DNA of 56,189 nucleotides from a virus (taxonomy: Duplodnaviria > Caudoviricetes): positions 1-56,189 of IMG/VR virus record IMGVR_UViG_3300025018_000180; one strand, written 5' to 3'. The translations under genes were made by a program, and so were the position numbers. Below are positions 1-9,877 of the stretch, one piece after another. The notes beneath the pieces are model-generated. The model saw only the letters and a list, made by a program, of their open reading frames with translations, did no database searches and was not told where the DNA came from. Positions within the stretch are counted from its first letter, which is position 1. Every line of letters begins with the position of its first letter.

Positions 1-2097
1 TGTTGTTAATCCATTATTTGCAGTAGATATACCACCTCCACCACCTAATGAACTATTTAATTTTACTTTCTTATCTGCTGCATCCCAAACTAATGCTGAT
101 ACACAAGAAGAAGTTGTAGGTGTGTTAAATATTGCAAGTTTATTTACTGCTGTTGTACCTGAATATAAATTATTTGGTAAAGTTAAATTATAACCTAAAG
201 CTATTGCACAATCAGCACCGTTATTGATATTAGAACCAAATGAAATTGATGTATAACCACTAGAAGCAATACCGAATTTACCAAATGCAAAAGAGGTTTT
301 ACATGCAATGATATCGTTTGAACTAAGTGCACTACCCATTGCAAATGAACCATCACCATATGATGAAATAGTAGCACTACTATTTCCATAACCTGCTGCA
401 ATTGAACCCTTACCATATGAAAGAATATTTCCACCAAAAGTAACATACCCAATTGCTAATGAACCAAAACCACAACTAATAATTTTATTATTGGTTCCAC
501 AGTTAGTTCTTCCAACTGCCAATGATTGTTTACTTGCAGAGATACTATTATTGTTACTTGAAGAACCAACAACCAGCGAACTATTTGTTGAAGTATTACC
601 TGTACCATAACCAATTACTAAACCAAAAATATTTGTATTAATACAAGTATCGCCTGTTAAATCACCACCCAATCTAACATTAGTACCATTTGTTGTTAAT
701 CCATTACTTGCTGTGGTTATTCCACCACCTAATGAACTATTTAATTTTACTTTCTTATCAGTATTATCCCAAACTAAAGCAGATGTACAGGTAGATGTTG
801 TAGGTGTATTAAATATCGCTAATTTGTTAACAGCAGTTGTACCACTATATATGTTATTAGGTAGTGTGATATTATAACCTAATGCAATACCACAGTTAGC
901 ACGGTTAATTATGTTAGAACCCATTGCCATTGAAGTGATACCAGTAGATATAACATTATTACGACCCATTGCAAATGATGTGTTATCTGCAATAATGTTG
1001 TTATCACAACATCCATAACCAGCAGCAAATGAACCAAAACCATTTGTACAAATAGTCGAACCCGAAAATGCAACACCCATTGCTTGTGAACCAGTACCAG
1101 TTGAATAAATAATTGATGAACAACAAGCGTAACCCATTGCTATTGAACCACCACCAGTTGAATAAACACATGATGAATAACACGCAGCACCCATTGCTTG
1201 CGAACCAGTACCATTTGCATATATTGTACTTGAATCACTTGCACCACCCATTGCTATTGAACCACCACCACATGCATGTATCATACCAGAAATATATGCA
1301 TAACCCATTGCTTGTGAACCATAACCATATGCATATATTGTACCATCACCACAAACAAATCCGTTTGCTATATTACCACCACCATAACTACCATATACAC
1401 TATCAATAAAATTATTTGCACATATAACGCCACCATCTCTCATATTACCAAATGCAAGATTACTAGTTCCACTTGATACTACATTACCATAACCAAATGA
1501 TAATGAATTACAATATGCAGTTGTTCCCGAACCAAATGTTAAACCAAAGTTATTGGTATTAACATTAGTATTACCTGTTAAAGTACCACCTAATACTACA
1601 TTAGTACCATTTGTTGTTAATCCATTGTTTGCGGTAGTTATTCCACCACCTCCACCTAATGATGAGTTTAATTTTACTTTCTTATCTGCTGCATCCCAAA
1701 CTAAAGCGGATGTACATGTAGAAGTTGTAGGTGTAGCAGTAATTGCCAAATTATTAAGATTAACAAAATTAGCTATACTTGAACCCGAACCAATTACTAA
1801 CCCAAATGTACTTGTACTTACAGTTGTATTACCTGTTAATGTACCACCAAGTACTGTAACATTATCACTTCTAAGAGTTAATCCGTTAGTTGCTCCTGTT
1901 ACTCCATTTAGATTCACATTATCATCAACATATTTTTTGTTAATTATTTGTAAATCATCTACAAAAGTAGGTTGACTTGTATATCTTAATTGACCTGTTA
2001 CTCCATTAATTTGGGTAATACCCGATAATGTTAGAGTTGAACCTGATGGTTGCTCTGCCTTTCCATTAAATAACTTATTTATTGTTGAAAATCCCAT
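1..2097 (-). CDS. Repetitive tail-fibre/adhesin-like protein, runs off the window (at least 699 aa; not in ORF track)
   Basis: ATG at 2097 reads MGFSTINKLFNGKAEQPSGSTLTLSG and is still in frame at base 1. Gly/Ser/Thr/Cys-rich S-x-A-(M/I)-G repeats alternate with a repeated ALVWDxxDKKVKLNSSLGGG-ITTANNGLTT module. Confidence 0.8.
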   Translation of the reverse strand, partial: MGFSTINKLFNGKAEQPSGSTLTLSGITQINGVTGQLRYTSQPTFVDDLQIINKKYVDDNVNLNGVTGATNGLTLRSDNVTVLGGTLTGNTTVSTSTFGLVIGSGSSIANFVNLNNLAITATPTTSTCTSALVWDAADKKVKLNSSLGGGGGITTANNGLTTNGTNVVLGGTLTGNTNVNTNNFGLTFGSGTTAYCNSLSFGYGNVVSSGTSNLAFGNMRDGGVICANNFIDSVYGSYGGGNIANGFVCGDGTIYAYGYGSQAMGYAYISGMIHACGGGSIAMGGASDSSTIYANGTGSQAMGAACYSSCVYSTGGGSIAMGYACCSSIIYSTGTGSQAMGVAFSGSTICTNGFGSFAAGYGCCDNNIIADNTSFAMGRNNVISTGITSMAMGSNIINRANCGIALGYNITLPNNIYSGTTAVNKLAIFNTPTTSTCTSALVWDNTDKKVKLNSSLGGGITTASNGLTTNGTNVRLGGDLTGDTCINTNIFGLVIGYGTGNTSTNSSLVVGSSSNNNSISASKQSLAVGRTNCGTNNKIISCGFGSLAIGYVTFGGNILSYGKGSIAAGYGNSSATISSYGDGSFAMGSALSSNDIIACKTSFAFGKFGIASSGYTSISFGSNINNGADCAIALGYNLTLPNNLYSGTTAVNKLAIFNTPTTSSCVSALVWDAADKKVKLNSSLGGGGGISTANNGLTT

Positions 2098-2177
2098 TCT
2101 TTATAATTTCTTAATTGTTATGTTGTTATTTAGTTATAAATAGTGGTTATGTACAGTAAAACTATTTATAGTATTTT

Positions 2178-3257
2178 TTATGCTACATATCCTGTTACTA
2201 TCCAAATGATTCCGTTCCAAAGTAACGAAACACTACCATAATCACTGTTTATTAATCCAAAAGTATCATCCAAAATAAGATTACCGTTGCCCTCAATAAG
2301 AATGTTATTTGTATATGCATCACCTTTCATATCACTTATTGTTATTTCTTGCCCTAATATTGGTGAAGCTGGTAGATAAATTGTTGTTGCACCTGATGAT
2401 GAAATATATTTATTAAGAGTTGTTGCACTATAAATTCCACTAACAACCGCAACATTATTTGAACCAGTACCACCACTTGAATATATGATTATTATATCAC
2501 CACTATTTTCAACAATAGTATCACCAGAACCAACTAAAGTTCTATATGTCATTGATACTCCGTCTAATCCTGCAAATATTTCTTCACCACCACCTAAATT
2601 TGTACCACCAGTTATAAATGTATTAGTTATACCAGTTACCACAGTAACGCCTAAATATTGAAAAACTAATCCTTCTGCATTATTAATCGTTGTAGAAAAA
2701 ATTGGTTTAATAATAGAACCAACAATTGATGGTTGAAAATTTTGCATTTTACCTTCAACGGTGTCTGATAAAAAATATGTTGTGTTTGCAGATAATGGTT
2801 GTGAATTAACATCTAATACAGAAGTAAGTCCAGTTACATATCCAGCATATGTAAGTGTAAAATCAGTTGTACCTGTTTTAGTAACAATACCATGTATTTC
2901 ACCATCAAAATCTATCGATGATAATGCACTCACATATGTTCCACCACTAAAACCAATAACCTCACCAATACTAAAACTATTTGCTTGATTAATTACTTTT
3001 TCAATTCTTTCACCAGAAGCATTTGAAGTACCCCCACCAGTTGTTTTTAAAACTAAATCAGTGTCGGTAATACCGTCTTTATACCAATATTCAGTACCAA
3101 GAACATTCACTGTTAAACCAGTGTGTCTTATTCCAACAGGTATTAATGAATTTGTTTGACCAGTAGATGCATAAGGTATCCCTTCATTGAGATACTTTGC
3201 ATCTATAGGTACTGGATTTAATACTTTTATTCCAAAAGGGAGTTCTAAATTTGCCAT
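2178..3257 (-). CDS. Virion structural/fibre-associated protein
   Basis: 359 aa, Gly/Thr-rich. N-terminal TGLTVN..EYWYKDG.TD.DL domain is shared with the neighbouring 949 aa gene. Confidence 0.65.
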   Translation of the reverse strand: MANLELPFGIKVLNPVPIDAKYLNEGIPYASTGQTNSLIPVGIRHTGLTVNVLGTEYWYKDGITDTDLVLKTTGGGTSNASGERIEKVINQANSFSIGEVIGFSGGTYVSALSSIDFDGEIHGIVTKTGTTDFTLTYAGYVTGLTSVLDVNSQPLSANTTYFLSDTVEGKMQNFQPSIVGSIIKPIFSTTINNAEGLVFQYLGVTVVTGITNTFITGGTNLGGGEEIFAGLDGVSMTYRTLVGSGDTIVENSGDIIIIYSSGGTGSNNVAVVSGIYSATTLNKYISSSGATTIYLPASPILGQEITISDMKGDAYTNNILIEGNGNLILDDTFGLINSDYGSVSLLWNGIIWIVTGYVA

Positions 3258-3261
3258 ATCG

Positions 3262-6111
3262 TTATGCTGTTGTTATTTGATGTTGATGATTTGATGCGTA
3301 AGGTGCTCCAAGAGTCAAACCATATAAGTTATATGTTCTGGAAGTTCCACCAGCATCCAATACTGATACAGTTCCAAGTGATAAATATGGCATTGGTGCA
3401 TTAAAAGCATCCAAATCTATTGCACTACTAATTGTTATACTTGGTGGTAAAGCAACATAAAAGTTAACTTCCACTGTGCCAGTATTCAAAATAAATGTGT
3501 TTGCATTCGATGTTTGAAAAGCACTACTTGGTAATGCTCTCACTTGTGCACTATTTGTTGGTTGACTAGAATCAGGACCATAAAATCTATAATATCTACC
3601 AGTTGTTACAACATTACTTGAATTAAATCCAACTAAATTTGTATTAACACCTTCTGCTCTCCATGATTGTGTTTCACCGTTATTATTCAACTGAATTGTT
3701 GTTATACCTGTTAATAGTACACCACTAGAAGTAAGTCCAGTTGCTAAATATGAAGTAGCAGTATTATCTCTTATTTTTACCGAACTTGGTTGTACATTAC
3801 CTGAATTACTCGTTGCCCATGTAAATGTTCTATTACCACTTAATGTTGTTCCAACCTCAACAATTGAAACATAACCACTAAGAGAAAAACTACTAAATGC
3901 AGGAGAAAGATATGTAATAACCATTTCTTCTATTATTGAAGATAGACTTCTACCTGATAAATCACTACCTGCTGGTAAACCACCAACGGTAATATTTGAT
4001 GGTGTTGCACCAGTATATTCTTGTCCACCAGTTTCACCACTCAATGAAGATAAATCAACACTAACATTAGGTAAACCCTTTGTTCTTTGTAAATTTAATG
4101 TTGCACCAACTAATGTAGCACCAGATACTACACCATCATCTAATGATGATTTACTTACATATTCAACTAAGCCTGTGCTTGTATTTCTAACCAATACTTG
4201 GTCGGATGAACCACTATTAGGTGCTGTCATTAAGGCTAATTTGCTAACAGCAGTTGTATCAATATATGTTGTACCAGTAAGTTTAATTAAACTTCCACCA
4301 ATGATTGTTGCACTAGTATTACCAACTTCAATGTTATGATTTAAACCACCTAATATAGCTGAATATGGTGCTAAAGCACCATGACCAACAGTTTGTGAAG
4401 CATTATTTGTTGAATGATTAAAAGAAGTTAAACCAGAAGATAATACTTCTTTTGTTGGTATACCGAATCCAGAAGAAATAGATGCACAACCACTCGCTGT
4501 AGTATTATTGCCAAATGCTGTTGAATTATTACCGCTTGCTGTTGCTCCATAGCCTATTGCTAAACCAAAACTACCAGTATCAATACAAGTATTACCAGTT
4601 AATGTTCCACCAAGTCTAACATTAGTTCCATTCACAGTTAGGCCATTATTGGCTGTTTGTAATGCTGTTTCAGTTAATCCTGATAATGTACCTAAAAATG
4701 TTATATTTGCTGTGTTTCCAGATATATTGATTACATTTGTTGTAATCTCTGATTGTAAACCAGAAGTTAATCCAGTAACATATCCCACATCTGGAATACT
4801 TCTATTTACATAAGTACCTGAATAATCATCATTATATAATGCAGATTTACCATTTATTACTAAATCAAAAGATGAATTATCTATTGTTGTTACTTGTGTT
4901 AATACACCACCTAATCTAACAATATTACCTGATTTATTTAAACCATTTAATGCTGTTATTATTGGTGTACCTAATGCCGTTGCAATAGGTATTGAATCAA
5001 CAATTAAATTATTTGACCCATTAAATTTAATAGGAATTTCAGTACCATTAATAGCAGCATTGGATGCATTAACATTAATAACACCACTATTCCATGTTAA
5101 ACCACTACCAGCAATATTCGAGTCAATAGTTAATTGACCTAATGAAAATGCAAGTCCAGAATTTGTTGCTAAATCAACAGAAATATTTTGATTTAATCCA
5201 ACTAAATTTGTTTCAATACCATTTCCACCTGAAATGTTTAATAGTTGTGAAAATTTTGCAAAAGATAAATCAGTTACCCCAACTGTGATAGGGTCGGCAG
5301 TTATTAATATCCAAGATGTACTTATGTTAGTATTACCAGTTAATACTGGTATTAATGCACCTTGACTTACTTCTCCTGATGGTGCACCATCGAAATCAGC
5401 AGAACGTGACCATGTTGAACCACTAGAAATGTAAACACCATTTTCTTCTGCGTTTGTTTGGTTTTTTACTAATACTCTATCTCCATTACTAATTAATATT
5501 CCGTCAATTGTTGTTAATCCTGATAATATAGTATTACCAGTTGTTGCAACCAACACAGCTTCTTTTGGAAAAATACCTGTTGCAACTGCGTCTACATATG
5601 CCTTATCAACCAATGAACGACTAACAAACGTAGCCGTATAATCTGCACCATATTTTATACCTTCACCATTACCAGAGTTATCTGTAAAAATAGCATCAAC
5701 AGAACCTAAACTAAATTCATATCCATTAGATATATTATTTATTGTTGTTGCAGATAAATTAATAATACCAACACCATTAAAATTAAGATTGTTACCATTA
5801 CCTAAAATAGTAGTATCTCCTGTTAAACTACCACCCAACTTAACATCACTACCAATAAGTGTTAATCCATTGCTGGCAGTCCCAACACCACCAGATTTTT
5901 CAATTAAATCAGGGTCTGTAACACCATCTTTATACCAATATTCAACACCACCAATATTAACAGTTAAACCAGTATATCTCAATGCTTCAATTATTGTTGA
6001 ATTAACTTCACCAACACCAGTATATGGTCTATTTAATGTAGGTTGATAATATTTATTATCAACAGGTTTTCCAAGATTAACTTGTACGTTATCATTTAAT
6101 ATTATTGCCAT
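3262..6111 (-). CDS. Tail fibre-like structural protein
   Basis: 949 aa. Contains GDRVLVKNQTNAEENGVY...WSRSAD, typical of phage fibre/decoration proteins, and NGL..G.NVRLGG.LTG repeats. Confidence 0.7.
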   Translation of the reverse strand: MAIILNDNVQVNLGKPVDNKYYQPTLNRPYTGVGEVNSTIIEALRYTGLTVNIGGVEYWYKDGVTDPDLIEKSGGVGTASNGLTLIGSDVKLGGSLTGDTTILGNGNNLNFNGVGIINLSATTINNISNGYEFSLGSVDAIFTDNSGNGEGIKYGADYTATFVSRSLVDKAYVDAVATGIFPKEAVLVATTGNTILSGLTTIDGILISNGDRVLVKNQTNAEENGVYISSGSTWSRSADFDGAPSGEVSQGALIPVLTGNTNISTSWILITADPITVGVTDLSFAKFSQLLNISGGNGIETNLVGLNQNISVDLATNSGLAFSLGQLTIDSNIAGSGLTWNSGVINVNASNAAINGTEIPIKFNGSNNLIVDSIPIATALGTPIITALNGLNKSGNIVRLGGVLTQVTTIDNSSFDLVINGKSALYNDDYSGTYVNRSIPDVGYVTGLTSGLQSEITTNVINISGNTANITFLGTLSGLTETALQTANNGLTVNGTNVRLGGTLTGNTCIDTGSFGLAIGYGATASGNNSTAFGNNTTASGCASISSGFGIPTKEVLSSGLTSFNHSTNNASQTVGHGALAPYSAILGGLNHNIEVGNTSATIIGGSLIKLTGTTYIDTTAVSKLALMTAPNSGSSDQVLVRNTSTGLVEYVSKSSLDDGVVSGATLVGATLNLQRTKGLPNVSVDLSSLSGETGGQEYTGATPSNITVGGLPAGSDLSGRSLSSIIEEMVITYLSPAFSSFSLSGYVSIVEVGTTLSGNRTFTWATSNSGNVQPSSVKIRDNTATSYLATGLTSSGVLLTGITTIQLNNNGETQSWRAEGVNTNLVGFNSSNVVTTGRYYRFYGPDSSQPTNSAQVRALPSSAFQTSNANTFILNTGTVEVNFYVALPPSITISSAIDLDAFNAPMPYLSLGTVSVLDAGGTSRTYNLYGLTLGAPYASNHQHQITTA

Positions 6112-6113
6112 TT

Positions 6114-7205
6114 TTAACTATTTCTAAATTCAATATTAGTTTCAACACCAGCAATTTCAGATATATAAAATCTATAATTAATGCCAGACCATAAAGCAGA
6201 TGGTGAATTTACAGATACTACATCTGGATTTGGGAATTTATTACCACTTGGATATACACCACCGATTGTGCCATTACTTAATGCTGTTACGTACCATTTT
6301 GTTTTAAGCGTAGATGTTGATGGAATTGCTACCCAAACATATTCAGCACCTGTTGTATTATATGTTACATTTACTGTTCCTGTACTTGAATTTACTACTT
6401 TTGTGCCTGCGTTAATTAACGCCTGACCTGCTGTTGGTCTTGGGCTTGCACTAGGAACTTTACCATAAAAATATGGGTATATTCCCGTAAATGAATCATT
6501 AATAGTATTGCTTGTTCCTGCTGGTAGTGGTGAATTAAAATTGTTTCCATCACTGTCTTTTGGTTGTACACCAGCATCATAATCAACAGAAGCACCCCAA
6601 CTATTACTTCCTACAGTAACTACATGATTTGTTGTTTGTAAAACAACACTTGTTGCTGTTGTTGCTGTTGTTGCTGGTAACCCTACTCCTGTAAAATTCC
6701 ATTCATTAGGTAATCCGCTTCTAAATGGAGAAGAAGCTGTGTATTGTGGGTTTATTGAACCTCTACTAAAACTACCATTAAATGTCAATGTTGATGCAGT
6801 TGTGCCCACTTCTACCAAACCACTTACACTTACCGTAAATGAAGATAATGATGGTGCTGTTAAAGTAGGATAGAAAGTTGTAATTAATATTTGTTGAAAC
6901 AATTCAGTATAACTTCTACCCGTTAGTGTTGTACCAGCAGCCATACCACCAACAGTTATATTTGAAGGTGTTGCACCTGTGTATATACCAGTAGTTCCAC
7001 CAGAAGAATTTTCTTTAAGAACAATTTTTAAACCGTCCCATGTTAAAACATCACCAATTGAAGCACTAGTTATAGAAGCATCAATTTCAACTCCTTTAGA
7101 TTTTAAAATACCAGCAAAATTGGTTTCACCAGATAAAGTCAGAATATCGCCAGAAGACTGTTTTGTTTGAAGGTCAGATAAAGGTAATCTCGTAAAAAAA
7201 CCCAT
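6114..7205 (-). CDS. Virion structural protein
   Basis: 363 aa, Ser/Thr/Gly-rich. Shares YTGATPSNITVGG...L.GRS with the 949 aa gene, and its MGF...LTLSG start resembles the 1-2097 gene. Confidence 0.6.
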   Translation of the reverse strand: MGFFTRLPLSDLQTKQSSGDILTLSGETNFAGILKSKGVEIDASITSASIGDVLTWDGLKIVLKENSSGGTTGIYTGATPSNITVGGMAAGTTLTGRSYTELFQQILITTFYPTLTAPSLSSFTVSVSGLVEVGTTASTLTFNGSFSRGSINPQYTASSPFRSGLPNEWNFTGVGLPATTATTATSVVLQTTNHVVTVGSNSWGASVDYDAGVQPKDSDGNNFNSPLPAGTSNTINDSFTGIYPYFYGKVPSASPRPTAGQALINAGTKVVNSSTGTVNVTYNTTGAEYVWVAIPSTSTLKTKWYVTALSNGTIGGVYPSGNKFPNPDVVSVNSPSALWSGINYRFYISEIAGVETNIEFRNS

Positions 7206-8041
7206 TATATTACATTATTTAATATATTCTCAATGTTATTAAATTCAAAAAAGGGTATTCTAATTAATTTAAAACCGTTATTTTTTGCAAAAGAATTTTT
7301 TATTTTATCGTGTTTTTGAATTAACAAAAACGATTTCATACCCCCAAAAAAATCTATAGGTTTATAATGTTGTTCCCCATCAAATTCAATTAATATATTT
7401 TTATCTATTAAATAAAAATCAAAAGTTAATTTGTTTTTACTTTTACATTTCTTAAATGACTTTTGATGTTTAAAATTTATTTTGTTTTCTATTAAAAAAC
7501 TATATATTTTATTCTCACCAAGATATCCTTTATTACATAGTGGACAGCCCCTATTTAAATGAGTTAATGGATATTGTTTTATTTTACCATGTACAGCACA
7601 AACAAATTCAATTTCAACTGAATTTTTAATAAATATGGTATTTGAATAATCATAACTATTGTTGTGTACAACATCACATTTTTTTATAAATTCATTATTA
7701 GTTAAAATTATTTTTTTTCCATAACATTTATTACAACCACAATTATTATATAAATGATTAGTTGGGTATACTTCAAAAATTTCACCACAATTATTACAAA
7801 TTAATTTTATTTTTTCTTTATACCCACGTACATCTAACAAATCATATGAATATTTTTCATCATATATTTTTTTTGATTTTTTAATTAATGTACTATTTGT
7901 TAGTTTTTTTTTATGATTTTTTTTATTATTAATATCATCTTCTCCAACCATAGGAAAAACTTTATATCCTTTAGTTGGGGCATCTGCAATGGCTATTGAA
8001 AACCAAGGATTTTTTATTATTTTTTCGTCTATTGATATCAT
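7205..8041 (-). CDS. Putative free-standing homing endonuclease (Zn-binding repeats plus Vsr/DUF559-like nuclease)
   Basis: CxxC/CxxH repeats (YDYS...C.VHG...HL..GCP.C) and a C-terminal FDFYL...LIEFDGEQHY...D..KN..A...LIRIP. Confidence 0.75.
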   Translation of the reverse strand: MISIDEKIIKNPWFSIAIADAPTKGYKVFPMVGEDDINNKKNHKKKLTNSTLIKKSKKIYDEKYSYDLLDVRGYKEKIKLICNNCGEIFEVYPTNHLYNNCGCNKCYGKKIILTNNEFIKKCDVVHNNSYDYSNTIFIKNSVEIEFVCAVHGKIKQYPLTHLNRGCPLCNKGYLGENKIYSFLIENKINFKHQKSFKKCKSKNKLTFDFYLIDKNILIEFDGEQHYKPIDFFGGMKSFLLIQKHDKIKNSFAKNNGFKLIRIPFFEFNNIENILNNVI

Positions 8042-8139
8042 AACTTAATAACCGCCCAAGTATTAACAAAAAAGTGATTTTTATATCACATTTCTTTTAT
8101 ATAAATACAAAAAAATAATATAGAATTTAAATCTAAACA

Positions 8140-8169
8140 AAAAAACCCATAACTTTTGAGTTATGGGTT
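8140..8169 (-). terminator. Intrinsic terminator at the end of the tRNA array
   Basis: Minus strand AACCCATAACT-CAAA-AGTTATGGGTT followed by a T run. Confidence 0.75.
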
Positions 8170-8279
8170 AGAATTAATTGTTTATTATAGAACTGTTAAA
8201 ATTTCACAGAACCCATACTGTAGTTTTTACATGTGAAGTCTTTCTCACAATAACCAAATTAATGGTGGGTGTTTTATTG

Positions 8280-8364
8280 TTGCGGGGAAAGGATTCGAAC
8301 CTCTACAATGCACGTATGTCTCTGGCTTATGAGGCCAGCGTGTTGCCAATTACACCACCCCGCG
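8280..8364 (-). tRNA. tRNA-Met(CAT), initiator-like, with a long variable region
   Basis: Acceptor CGCGGGG/CCCCGCA (C1xA72), anticodon arm CTGGC-CTCATAA-GCCAG, 17-nt variable region, T arm AGAGG-TTCGAAT-CCTTT. Confidence 0.8.
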
Positions 8365-8381
8365 ATATGTTATAAATACAC

Positions 8382-8921
8382 TTAAAAATCTAAATTTAAC
8401 TGTAAATCAATTTCATTAAAAACGTTAGAATTATTTATTGCTTCTATTATTTTATGTTTATCAACCTCCAAATAAATTAAATCTTTTAAATGTTTTCCTA
8501 CACTAATAATAGAATTGTCATTTTGAATATATAACAATTTTGCTTTTATTGCTGATTCAGGAGTTTCAACATTAATTTTTGTTTCAAAAAAATCAAATAT
8601 TTTAAACTCTGGTTTAACATTTTTATTATATAAAACATCAATACCAATTTTTTTATCTAATATGGGAAATTCTAATTTAAAACATAAAACTTCATCTTTA
8701 CCAACCATAAATTTATGTGAGGTTGAATTTCCAATTCTAAACGAATTATAAAAACCACCCTCTAAATGATAATTCACAGTAACTAAAACATCAATATCTT
8801 TAACTTCTCTATGCAATTTATCATTCAATACTAAACCTAAACTACCACAAAAAACAACATCAGGATAATCTGTTGCAATTTTCTTAATAACTAGTTTAAT
8901 TTCTTCACTTATATATTCCAT
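8382..8921 (-). CDS. Pol-beta-superfamily nucleotidyltransferase-like protein
   Basis: hG[GS]...D-x-D signature VFCGSLGL...KDIDVLV. Confidence 0.6.
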   Translation of the reverse strand: MEYISEEIKLVIKKIATDYPDVVFCGSLGLVLNDKLHREVKDIDVLVTVNYHLEGGFYNSFRIGNSTSHKFMVGKDEVLCFKLEFPILDKKIGIDVLYNKNVKPEFKIFDFFETKINVETPESAIKAKLLYIQNDNSIISVGKHLKDLIYLEVDKHKIIEAINNSNVFNEIDLQLNLDF

Positions 8922-8992
8922 ATTATTGATTATTTAGTCTACAAAAATAATAAATTAAAATCATGTTGTCAAGTAATTACTGATAATTGTTG

Positions 8993-9064
8993 TACTCGAT
9001 AAGGGAATCGGACCCTTGTCTGCCGATAGAAAGTCGGCAGCACTAACCACTATGCTAATGGAGC
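8993..9064 (-). tRNA. tRNA-Glu(TTC), slightly degenerate
   Basis: GCCGA-CTTTCTA-TCGGC anticodon arm, C5xC68 mismatch, T loop TCCGATT. Confidence 0.7.
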
Positions 9065-9065
9065 A

Positions 9066-9749
9066 TTATTTGTTTTCATATTTTTCATAGAATTTCTTCC
9101 ACTTTCTTATTGCATTATCACTTACACCATACTTTTCACCAGTTCCAGTATAACCAAACATCTTAATATCAAGTAATAAAACCTCATAACATGGTCTTTC
9201 AACTTTTCTATCATTTATAGATTTCTTAATCTGATTTTCAAATTTCTCTTGTTTTGTTTTTTTTATGTATCTTCCGTATTTTGGTTTAATCGTACTTTTT
9301 AATTTAATATTTTTTCCACCATGTGTAGATAATGTTGCATTACAATTGGGGCAAACAATTCTTAGATTCTTCAATCTGTTATCATTATTTATACCATTAA
9401 TGTGGTCAAGAATCAATGACATTTTTTTACCCTTCCATTCCTCACCTTGTCCACATAATTCACATTCTCTTAATTTTAAACCTTCTTTATATAATCTTCC
9501 TTTTAGTTTAGTTGTGTCAAAAGTAGAATCTTTAATTAAAATATCTTCTGTTTTTGTTTTTTTAAAGTTTCTACTAAAAGATTCACTTCTCGATGTAAAT
9601 GTAAAATGTTTGATATTAATATCAAATAATTCAATATATTTTTTTATGGTTATTCTATTACCATAGTTATTATTACCATATAATAATTTACATACTTCCG
9701 AATAATTTACAGATTCTTTTACTGCTATACTTAATTTTTCTTTTTCCAT
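9066..9749 (-). CDS. HNH homing endonuclease inside the tRNA array (probable start 9749, MEKEK)
   Basis: CELCG...LDHINGINNDNRLKNLRIVCPNCN and a C-terminal HTH (KYGVSDNAIRKW). The longer ORF-track start overlaps a tRNA. Confidence 0.85.
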   Translation of the reverse strand: MEKEKLSIAVKESVNYSEVCKLLYGNNNYGNRITIKKYIELFDINIKHFTFTSRSESFSRNFKKTKTEDILIKDSTFDTTKLKGRLYKEGLKLRECELCGQGEEWKGKKMSLILDHINGINNDNRLKNLRIVCPNCNATLSTHGGKNIKLKSTIKPKYGRYIKKTKQEKFENQIKKSINDRKVERPCYEVLLLDIKMFGYTGTGEKYGVSDNAIRKWKKFYEKYENK

Positions 9750-9801
9750 AATACTGTCATTTAATATAAATACAACAGTGTTCGAAAAAAGTTTAATTTT
9801 G

Positions 9802-9873
9802 CAGTGCGTGGGGGAGTCGAACCCCGACCTTGTTGGTGACAACAACATATGCAACCCTTACACCACACGCACT
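9802..9873 (-). tRNA. tRNA-Asp(GTC) with apparent 8/4 fold
   Basis: AGTGCGTG/CACGCACT-G73, TGTTG-TTGTCAC-CAACA, GGGG-TTCGACT-CCCC. Confidence 0.7.
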
Positions 9874-9877
9874 ATAT

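Noticed and set aside
201-1975. ORF-track His/Leu-rich ORFs (201-452, 1113-1409, 1553-1975) and similar antisense ORFs elsewhere
   Set aside because: Shadow frames of the long genes they overlap.
1-7205. Diversity-generating retroelement target/template pairs among the fibre repeats
   Set aside because: No reverse transcriptase in the window, and the repeat differences look mostly synonymous rather than adenine-specific.
8178-8375. 65 aa plus-strand ORF
   Set aside because: Antisense to tRNA-Met, with no protein features.
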